Under the pieces are notes generated by a model, which did no database searches, had not been told where the DNA came from, and saw only the letters and a program-made list of their open reading frames with translations. Below are positions 54,513 through 64,000 of a stretch of DNA of 64,000 nucleotides, one piece after another. The translations under genes were made by a program, and so were the position numbers. Within the stretch, counting starts at the first letter, position 1, and every line of letters starts with the position of its first letter. Source of the stretch: Octopus vulgaris (lineage: Eukaryota); NCBI GenBank assembly GCA_951406725.2, contig OX597843.1, forward strand, positions 19,158,001 to 19,222,000. The letters run 5' to 3'.

Positions 54513-57500
54513 ATGGCAAAGCTGGGTTGTGTGAATGTGCGTGGAATGGGGTTGAAATGGAAACAAATTTGTCTCCTGAACGACCTCACGACACACGGAG
54601 TGGACGTAGCTATTGTAACCGAGTCCAAGATGAACGGGGCCCAAGCGTTCTCGCCTCTTCTAAATGGTTTCGAGAATTTATCTCTCCTAGCCGAGGAGGA
54701 GGAAGGGGCGTGGCAGTCCTTACCAGGAAGAGCTTGGACTTGCAGGTAAGTACTGTCTTTCTGGACCCAGAAGGCAGGCTGGTCGTTCTGGATGTGACCC
54801 ACGTAAGTAAACAGTCCTTCAGGTTGGTAGCTGTCTACGCTCCGAATGCGTGTAGGCAGTCGGGTTTTTTTCGGAATCTGGAGCACTCTTTAGTGACGTC
54901 GAAAACGGTAGTCTTAGTAGGGGACTTTAACACTGTCCTCGAAGCGCGGGTCGACAGTGTTAGCTCAACCAATAGAAAGGGGAACCCTAGCCTCAAGGGT
55001 CTACTAGAGAGCTTTAATCTAGTAGACCGTTATCGACTGGATGAGCCGAGCGTTCCACGGTGGACGTGGAGTAACAACGACGGCTCACGCAGATCGTATA
55101 TTCGTTAGGAAAAGAGATAAGGATACGTTTACTTGTCCACAGTTTCACATTTTGCCCTACACGGATCACAAATTTGTGACTTGTAGGGTGCAATTAGATA
55201 AGTGCCATAGACAGGGACCCGGGTACTGGAAGCTGAACAAGTCTATTTTGAATTGTGAAGACTTCCGTACCCGGATTAAGGTGTTAGTACAGAGGGCATT
55301 ATGTGGCACCATCATTAACAATAGATGGCGGCACTCCCTCAAAAGAGCCATTCGTTCAGAGTCCATTAGATTTAGCAATCAGCTATGGTTAGATAGGTCT
55401 AGGATAGAGGACGATTTAGTTAAGAATCTAAACGAGGCAATGGAATCTGGCTCTGCATCTGGAGTGATGGCGGCAAGGGCGGTATTGTACCGTCACCTTA
55501 ACTCCAAACACGTTAGAGCTAAGCTACGCGCAGGGAAACGAGAAGGTATTAACGTTGCCGGATGGGCCCGTCGAGTGGAGAGTCAGAGAGGTAACAAAGC
55601 TTCAATTAAGTCTTTAACTGACGAACAGGGACACAAGATCTATGGACAGGAGGAGATGCAAAAGTTTCTTCACCAGCATTTCGCCCACGCGTTCGGGAGG
55701 TGTGGGTCGCTGGAGCGGGGGAGGGTCTTAAAGGACTTCCTAGCCGGCGGACCGCGGCTCTCGGGGCGTGAGGTGGAGTGCTGTGAATGAGCGATCACTA
55801 CCGCGGAGATAGAGGGGGTACTGGCCGGATGCGCCGGGGAGAAGTTACCGGGGTTGGATGGTCTGCCCTACGAGTTTTACCAAAGTATGCCGGACTTGTT
55901 CGGGGGAATACTGGCAGGCGTCTACGCGAACTGACAGCAGAACGGGAGAATTCCCAGTTCTGTAAGCCGGGGAGTGGTGACGCTAATCCAGAAAGACCCG
56001 AGCAAGGGGGATAACATTAGTAATTACAGGCCCATAACTCTACTTAATGTAGCGTTAAAGATTTTGGCCAAGGTGTTGGCAAAAAGGTTGACGACTGTCG
56101 TGGAGAAACTTGTAGGGAAAGCACAGACATGTGCAATTCCAGGCAGGTCGATCCAGGACAATCTTCACCTTATACGCTACACCTGAGATAGGGTGGGTAA
56201 ATTAACCAGCAAGGGCGGGGTAATGGTCCATTTAGACCAAAGTAAAGCATTCGATAGGGTAGACCATAAGTACCTGGCGACGGTCCCGAAGCGGCTGGAC
56301 TGGGCCCTGAATTTCGCGGGTGGATCTCCGCTATGTATAGCGGCATCAAGTCCACCGTCCAGATAAACGGTTACCTAACGGAACCGTTTTCGATCGAATG
56401 TTCAGTTCGTCGAGGGTGCCCCTTGTCACCACTTTTGTACGTGTTGGCTCTCGAGCCATGGCTGCGAAATTTGGAGAGGCTGGGAAGTAACCCGGATGAG
56501 ATCGGAGGCGGGAGGACGGTTTCTGCTTATGCGGATGACGTCACCCTCATCGTGTCCAATGAGGCTCAGCTACCTTGTGTAGAAGATGCTATCAGAGGAT
56601 ACGAGGCGGTGGCAGGAGCAAAAGTTAACAAGGACAAGTCGATTGGCTTACGCCTCGGCACCTGGAGGAGCAAGTCGATATCGTCCAGTGCCGTGGGACA
56701 CTGGACAGATGGTCCTTTTAAGTTGCTAGGAGTTTTGTTTGAGCCAGACTCCCAAACGGAGAGGAATTGGAGTGAGGTGACGGGCAAGGTGGAGGCCATA
56801 GTACGGACCTGGTCCGGAAGGTTTCTGTCCTTGAAAGGAAGGGCGGAGGTGGTACAGGTGTTCATTGCATCTGTAATCACTTACCGCCTGACCGTTGTCC
56901 CTTGCCCCGATTCATGGCTTAGCAAGTTGGAGCGAATCCTTTTCCGCTTTTTGTGGAAGGGAGGAAAGCCACTTGTGAGGCGCTCTGTTTGCTGCCAGGA
57001 TCGTTAAAGGGTGGGTTAGGAATGCCTTGGTTGATGATGCGCAGACATGCGTTGAGGCTGAAGCATCTCTGGCACCACCTGGAGGGTGATAAGGTGTGGA
57101 GTCCGCTGGCAGGGGAATTTTTCCTGAGACCGGCTTCCTTAGTGAATTTTAAACCCGGTTGCATCAAAAGACGGAATCTGACTTTATGGCAAAAGGAGTG
57201 CCGACAGGCACTCACGGTGATCCACAAGGCGGGCAAGGCCGGCTGCGGAAATACCACCTCGGTATTTTATAGCAGGCTGGTAGAGGCAAAGAACGACGAC
57301 GTCCTAGAGGGGCTCTGGGGTTTGACGAAGACCAGCTTACCAACCTGTTTAAAAAGACTTTCAGGACTGGGTATTTGGATAATTTCCAAAGATCCCTGGC
57401 CTGGCAATGTTATAGGAATGCTTTACCTGTTCGCGAGAAGTTATCGCGGCACGGAATTTCAGTGCCACCGACATGTCCAAGATGCGGGTTGGACGATGAA

Positions 57501-57880
57501 ACCATCCAGCACGCTTTTGTACACTGTCGGCAGTTGTCAAACTTGATAAGTTACGCAGAACACGTGTTATCGCATCTGGGACGAGTACAGCTGTCGGCTG
57601 AGTCTATGATTAAGATGATACCGCCAACTGGACTCTAGAAGGAAGGCGAGGCATGTTTTCACTGCACGGTTGCAGTAGTAAAAGAATGCATGTGGCGTAC
57701 AAGAATGGAAGGAGTCGCAATAGGATCCTTTGTCTCAGGCCCCGGCTTGCTCACTTACTTCAGATATCATCTGAAGAGCAAAATGGGGCTAGAAAAGAAG
57801 ACCTTACCACGAGGTGTGTAGGAAAAAAGATGGAAGGAAGTGGCGAAAAAGGTGGGTGTCAGAAACCCAGTTTAACTATG
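54513..57880 (+). pseudogene. LINE ORF2 (APE endonuclease, RT, C-terminal zinc finger), disrupted
   Basis: CVNVRG, GDFN, TDH, GPGYWKLN, PGLDGLPYEFY, NYRPITLLN, GCPLSPLLYVLALEP, AYADD and CPRCGLDDETIQHAFVHC; several frameshifts and stops. Confidence 0.92.
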
Positions 57881-58128
57881 GATGGAGAAGAGGAAAGGAA
57901 AGCTGCGGGGCCTTATAGGTTGCCGGGGTTTAAAATATATCGGTAAGATTTCAATCTAATGCAATGTTATATTAGTCAATGCAAAGGACAATTTAAATAC
58001 AGTTTTTTGTATAATGAATAATCCATATATTTTGGAAATTTTTAAACAAACCACTTAACTGTTTTTTGTATGTATGTCCTGTATTGTTCTTCTATGTACT
58101 GATTTTATAATCGTAATAAAGAATTAAT

Positions 58129-58354
58129 CGTGATCTGGTGATTACCGCCCGTTGATAAGAGGCAATAACCTCGAAACCGCGGTCCGGTGCGTATCACTTA
58201 GGCTTACGAGAAAGGGATGGCCTCCCTTTTCAAATACCATAAGGACACAGAAATTGTGTCTAAAGCCAGCTGGAGACGTTGATCTCCTGGGACTAAAAAG
58301 CTACAGTAACACCCTCCTTTGTGGTTAGCCATTTTGAGATGGCTATTATACTTT

Positions 58355-58355
<1 letters not shown>
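58129..58355 (+). repeat. Right part of retrozyme-like repeat: hammerhead followed by four hairpins
   Basis: Hairpins gaaaggga/tccctttt, gacaca/tgtgtc, ccag..ggaga/tctcc.tgg and tagccat/atggcta; terminal 69 nt repeated at 52598-52666; followed by (TA)n. Confidence 0.7.
58138..58197 (+). ncRNA. Type I hammerhead ribozyme, U3-A8 core variant, minimal palindromic stem III
   Basis: Stem I gtgattaccgcccg / cggtgcgtatcac; core UUGAUAA (58152-58158); stem II gagg-caataa-cctc; GAAA; palindromic accgcggt; GUC triplet with predicted cleavage after C58184. Confidence 0.75.
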
Positions 58356-58392
<37 letters not shown>

Positions 58393-58396
<4 letters not shown>

Positions 58397-58955
58397 ATAC
58401 AATATGTTACATTACTCGGTAGTCAAGATAAAACTCTGAGTTTCAGATGCCGAAGTGGAAATCCACAACACCATCTCTTCGGTTATCTGGCTATTTGAAA
58501 ACCTAGATTCTTTTGTGTGTGAGAGTCCTCAACCGATGTTAGGCGATAATCCCAAAAGGCCGTATTAGCTCTTAGTTGAGAATAACGTCGTCCGGGAGGT
58601 GATTTATTGATAAAACGGTAAGATAACAAAAGAAAGAAAGAGACCTCAATATTATGTAAATAGAGGAAATTTATCTATACAATATGTTACATTACTCGGT
58701 AGTCAAGATAAAACTCTGAGTTTCAGATGCCGAAGTGGAAATCCACAACACCATCTCTTCGGTTATCTGGCTATTTTCAAATATTGAGGTCTCTTTCTTT
58801 CTTTTGTTATCTTACCGTTTTATCTATATATATATATATATATATATATCTGTAAATGTAATATGAAACAATTATTCGGTAGCCATGATAAAACTCCGAG
58901 TTCTGGATACCAAGGTGTAAATCCACACCGCCATCTCTTCAGTTATCTGGCCATC
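58393..58955 (-). mobile_element. Penelope-pLTR/retrozyme-like repeat: partial tandem copies (280-bp period) with an inverted segment and hammerhead-like motifs
   Basis: 58393-58496 is identical to 58673-58776; diverged third copy at ~58855-58953; 58609-58653 is inverted at 58780-58824. Minus strand reads agataa-c(c/t)gaaga-gatg...catc-tgaaac-tcagag-tt-ttatct. Flanked by (TA)n. Confidence 0.6.
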
Positions 58956-59449
58956 GGAAAAATGCTATGAAAAATGACCGTTACACAAAGGGTAATTACT
59001 GTGGGATTGACTGTTATTAAGACAAAAGAGCTATTCGAATGACTTCTAAGTAAGGGGGTAAAAAAGTTCATAGTATTCGCGTAAGCATGCCTGTTCATAC
59101 CTACACATGTGCGCCCACACACCTATGAGCGTGCGCCTAAAGTATACATTCCTCCACCCTCACTTGAAAACGTATACATTCTCAATCACATCTTTCGTCA
59201 AATGTATATGTATATACATACATACAAACCCGCACACACACACGCACGCACCATAAGGGCTCATACACACGGTCTATGTAATATAGAAAGACGGCTCATC
59301 TGGAAAAGCAGCTTAGACCCGGCTTCATGTCTGAATTCCAGAACTGAACTTTCGGTCCATGTCCATGCGTGGCCAAATATTTGTTACATTTTCGGTCCCC
59401 CCACCCGAGACTACAGATAGAACTTGCATTCTCATTCCTGTCTCAAACT

Positions 59450-60540
59450 CACTTTAGACCTGTTCAAGAAAGAGAAGGCAAACTGAAACATCAGTCGTGG
59501 TTCTATAAAAGGCAAACTTCTGGCTAAATGCAGGTTCATCATCTGGGATGAAGCAACAATGATCCATAAGGTTTCCCTTCAAGACCTGAGACACAATACC
59601 AGGCTCATGGGAGGTGCCACAGTCTTGCTTGCAAGATACTTTAGAAAACTTTGCCCGTGGTTCCATAGGGAACAAGAGCTGATGATGTAAATGCTAGCAT
59701 AAAGTTGCCCTCCCTATGGAGCAGTGTGCAAACGTTGAGACTCACAACCAGCTGAATGGTGATGATGCAGACATGACTTTTTCAAAGCAACTGTTGGACC
59801 TTGGTAATGGTACTTCGGTTGGCGAGAAGGATGGTTGGGCAAGCTTGCCTTTTGGACATATGGTATCTGCTTTAAAGGAACTAATGAATAAGGTGTTTCC
59901 ACATCAAAGGAATCACTTTACAGACCACAACTGGCTGAAAACCCGTGCCATTTTAGTTCCAAAGAATGTGGCAGTTGATGATTTGAACATCAAACTTCTG
60001 GAACAGTTGCCAGGTGAGTGTCACATCTTCAATTCCATTGACGCTGTATTCAACATCGATGAAGCTGTGAATTATCCAGTTGAATTCTTGAATAGTCTAA
60101 TACCACCCGGCCTCCCGCCTCACAACTTTCACCTCAAGATTGGGGCACTAGTTATGCTCCATCGAAACCTCAATCCACCAAAGCTTTGCAATGGCACACG
60201 ACTTATAATACAGAAGATGATGCCAACAGTCTTGGGGAAAACAATTTTGACTGATAAAGCAAGCGGTGAGCCTGTATTCATTCCTAGAATTCCACTGATT
60301 CTCTCGGATATACCTTTCCAGTACAAGCACCTGCAATTCCCGTTGAAACTGAGCTTTGCAATGGCCATTAACAAGGCCCAGGGGGGGTCCTTGGATGTGG
60401 TTGGTCTGAACATGGCAGAATCAGTTTTCTCCCATGGGCAACTTTATGTGGGATCCTCAAGAGTTGGAAATCCTAATTATTTGTTTATTTATACCCCACA
60501 AGGAAAGACCATAAATGTTGATTATCAAGAAGCTCATGGC
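59450..60540 (+). mobile_element. Helitron Pif1-like helicase (C-terminal half), decayed
   Basis: IIWDEATM, LLDLGNG, RAILVPKN, YPVEFLNSLIPPGLPPH, NLNPPKLCNGTRL and QFPLKLSFAMAINKAQG..VFSHGQLYVGSSRV. Confidence 0.92.
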
Positions 60541-60761
60541 CGCAGCTCTGAGCTGAAACTTAAAAAAAACTTTAAAAAAAACTTAATAAGATTCACCAAA
60601 TTATCAGGTATTTATTATTTTACTGTAATATTTGTAAGTTTTATAAATGCATTGATAATCTACATGTTATTTTATTTTAAAATGAAAAGTTATTTGTATG
60701 TCTACTGTAAAACTAAATGTCAGTCTGTTTCTACATCCATTTTAAATCTATTTCAACACTA

Positions 60762-61015
60762 ACTGTCGGCAGTTGTCAGACTTGATAAGTTACGCAGAAC
60801 ACGTGTTATAGCATCTGGGACGAGTACAGCTCTCGGCTGAGTCTATGATTAAGATGATACCGCCAACTGGACTCTAGAAGGAAGGTGAGGCATGTTTTCA
60901 TTGCACGGTTGCAGTAGTAAAAGAATGCATGTGGCGTACAAGAATGGAAGGAGTCGCAATAGGATCCTTTGTCTCAGGCCCCGGCTTGCTCACTTACTTC
61001 AGATATCATCTGAAG
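60762..61015 (+). repeat. 254-bp copy of an internal segment of the neighbouring Tx1-like LINE (57523-57776)
   Basis: Ungapped match with 5 substitutions counted by eye. Confidence 0.95.
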
Positions 61016-61435
61016 GTATCATCTAAGGGTTATATTCACTGGGAATGCACAAAAACTCTCTTCAGAGTTATTTGCTTTGAATTGTTAGCATCTCATATCC
61101 GATCAGCTTGTTATTACGTAACATGCTTCACGATTTTGGTATACATAACTTACTGGTATTTCCTCCAAAGTTTTGTATACTCTAGCAATGCAATAAAGCT
61201 CTTGTCGGGGCTAAGTTATAATTGAATTCTTACAATCGGGTAACTAATTCCATGTTACAATGTAACTGACTTCACGATTTGGGTATTCATAACTTATTGT
61301 GATTTCCTAAAAACAAGATCCTATGTAAGACAGTTCGATATTCTCTGTAAATTAACAAAACCGTTTTAAGGGCTACATATTTTGTATTCTTATTATTGGA
61401 TTAGCAAAACAATTATGCAAATAGAACCAAGGATA

Positions 61436-61475
61436 AGCCCCGCTTTTCTAGGAAACTCCGAGTACATCAGCTAGT
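61436..61475 (+). mobile_element. Probable Helitron 3' end
   Basis: aactccgagtacatcagCTAG|t resembles the terminus at 1-24 and lies downstream of the helicase; hairpin degraded. Confidence 0.45.
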
Positions 61476-61539
61476 ATATATATTTATATATGTAATTATC
61501 ATCACTAATTGTATGTCTTGGTGAAAGATTTAAACTGCT

Positions 61540-64000
61540 TCTGGTAGTGGGGCCTTGGTACAAGAATTCCAGAGTTTCGAGGAGTGTGGAACCATCTGTT
61601 AACCACCAGTGTTCCCAGGTCTAATCTGCCCAGAGTAGTAGCAGCTGTTAGGCCCCCAACTATGGGTTAACTTGCATGTGTTGTTTCGGGTAGATGGAGC
61701 TCATCAGCCTGGAAGGCAGTCCGACTCGGTGAAGGAAATTCTGATAGAAAACCATCGCTACTATGTAGGCCAGCATGAACAAGGCAGATTTCAATTATAT
61801 CCAAGATATCCAGCAGCCTGCTGCAACGACTCTAACCAGATCCAACATGTCACCAATCCCAGTGGTGCCACTGGTGAAGGCGAGTGACCAGGTGAGTGGA
61901 CCTTATGATCACAATACATGGTCCACCCTGAACAAAATCACAGGAAAGCCCTCTGTGGCTTGAACAATGAGTCTCTTCGCTTCCTTCCCTAAGTAGCGAT
62001 AGTAATCCGGGCAACAGGAGAAGGCTGGGTCAGCTGCGAACCCCTAATCCGGATCCACATGATGTCGGCTCCTACGTGAAGGTTGATTTTATCGGCAGCT
62101 GTAGGATGTAACTGGCTTGGCCTATTCAGGTTTGACCAAAATGGTGACCGGATTACCAAGCTAATCAACCAGAAAAGAACCTCTTGTCTGGCGTGGGAGA
62201 ATTTCATATGCTCCCCCACTTGCAATGCTTCCAAGAGGCCAAGCAGAAATACCGGAATAGGATCTATGAACTCCATAATCTCTGGTGTCGAGCAAAAACA
62301 AGGGAGATAGTCATTCACGGACAGCAGGGACCTTACATATTTTTATGCTGTGACAAAGGAAACTTTTGGTCCTTTTGCAGAATAACAAATATACTCAAAT
62401 CGGCTGATGCCTTAAACCTCCCTTGCAGTCACTCAAAATATCTTTGAACGATGGAAGAAACATTTTCAAATACGCCTCCATCGGTCATCTGCCCCAGTGA
62501 TTGACTTGCTCCATAATGTCCCCCAATATCCGACACGACACTGGATGTCACTACCCTGGGTTTGAAAAGGCACTAAAACGTATGAAGACATGGAAAGCAC
62601 CTGGTCCTGACAACATATCTCTGGAGCTCCTGTCTCATGGTGTTCAAATCCTGAAGACTAAGATGTATATGGCTATCTAAAGCCTGTGGGAGATGGAAGC
62701 TATTCTTGCGGACGTGTAAAGACCAGACCATCATTACAGTCTTCAAGAAGGGTGACCGGACAATTTGGGGAAACTATTTCGGTATCTCCATTCTCAGTAT
62801 TGCTGGAAAGATCTTCGCCAGGATCCTGTTAGATTAGTGGTCGTTGTTGAGAATGTTCTTCCAGAGTCACAGTAAGGCTTCTGCCCTACCCAGGGTACCA
62901 TCGACATGGTCTTTTGTACTTAGCTTCTCCAAGAAAAGACACTCGAGCAGAGAAAGCCAATTCTTTGTGTTCTGGGACTTAGAGAAGGCTTTCGGCAACA
63001 TACTGAGACCTACAATGGGGGTCACTCTGAAGCGTTATGTTTCTCCCAATTAATTTGTACGCCATATTCACACTCTATATGACGGAAAGTCTGGCCGAAT
63101 CATTGCCAAGAACGCTCTCGCCAGTCCCTTCCCAATTACGACTGGCCTGAAGCAATGATGCATTCTCATTCTTACTCTGTTTTCCCTCTACCCTAATGCT
63201 ATGATTCATGAAACCCCTAATATGGCTCCTGGTGCAGATATCCGTTACAGACTAGATGAAGTGCTTTTCAACACCGACGGTTTAGAGCTCGTCGACATTT
63301 CCACCTTGGCCAAAGTACATGAGCTGCAGCGCGTTGATGACAATATGCACATTCGTGCACTTCCTTTTTGATCTTCAGAAAGCTGTGAACGTCTAGGAAA
63401 ATTTGTGTACCGGCATTGATCTGAGCACAAATGTAAAGAAGACAAAGATCTTTGTACAGGGAGGGTCTGGCCCACCTACCTCCTGATTTTGGTGTCTTAA
63501 AGCTACATGTTACTGCCTTGAAAGTCGTGGAGAATTTCTTATATCTTGGAAGCTACCTGCCTAGACAAATAAGAAAGACAAACAGGGTCAACGAAACCCC
63601 TACTTCTTTTGGAAAATTTTCAAAATGAGTCTTACTAAACCACGACCTCCCCATCCAAATGAAAACCATGGTATTCTGATCTTCCCACACTCCTCTACGG
63701 CTGTGAGAGGTGGGTGCTGTATCACATGGCTTGATGAAAGTCGAGCGTTTCAAACCGCACAAATAAAATTTCACGCAATTATGGGGAGTCAATGGAAAGA
63801 CTACATTACCAATAAAGAGGAAATTCTGTTCCGAGTCAGACTACCCTGTATTGATGCTATGATAACTTGATACCACCTCCGCTAGTCGGCCACATCAAAT
63901 ATTTTTTGTGGAGTTGGCATGAGGCAACAGAGCATGCGAAGCCTCCAAATTCCATTTCCGAGGTCCCTTACGCTGCTCCATTGACCCAAGTACCTGGAAG
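61540..64000 (+). mobile_element. Decayed RTE-clade LINE
   Basis: Remnants KAPGPDNI, FKKGDR...GNY.GISILSIAGKIFARIL, FWDLEKAF and YLGSYL; heavily frameshifted. Confidence 0.8.

Larger units (their letters stand above)
52808..58128 (+). mobile_element. Near full-length L1/Tx1-clade LINE with 12-bp target-site duplication (cgtgatctggtg)
   Basis: 5' UTR, ORF1, ORF2, AATAAA at 58115-58120; identical 12-mers at 52796-52807 and 58129-58140. Confidence 0.88.

Noticed and set aside
52598-58355. 69-bp direct repeats read as LTRs or as the LINE's target-site duplication
   Set aside because: No TG..CA ends or primer-binding site, and 6 mismatches. A perfect 12-bp duplication fits the LINE ends better, so the repeats are treated as adjacent monomers of the host repeat.
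59716-60762. 348-aa ORF as host PIF1 gene
   Set aside because: Intronless, frameshifted upstream, substitutions in conserved motifs, Helitron-type sequence and a downstream CTAG end.

Overview
Repeat-rich, AT-rich animal genomic DNA. The repeat families and microsatellites suggest a mollusc, probably a cephalopod (inference). The window holds the 3' part of one minus-strand, multi-exon gene that the ORF track misses. In transcription order it has an exon with a Mind-bomb-like last ankyrin repeat (48204-48376), a RING exon (44270-44412), ten 54-nt phase-1/phase-1 micro-exons, and two exons encoding a death domain (6115-6186, 685-887). Each micro-exon sits in one unit of a ~2.83-kb tandem array (7632-36368). 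All junctions are GT-AG and in frame, but a 100-N gap lies between the RING exon and the array. The introns are filled with decayed RTE, HERO-like, CR1/L2-like, Gypsy, Tc1 and Helitron elements and a 57-bp minisatellite. The second highlight is a near full-length L1/Tx1-clade LINE with a 12-bp target-site duplication. It is inserted at the base of a type I hammerhead ribozyme (U3-A8 variant core) inside a ~356-bp retrozyme-like repeat. More hammerhead-like motifs lie just downstream on the opposite strand. All calls come from reading the sequence by eye; no searches or folding programs were run.
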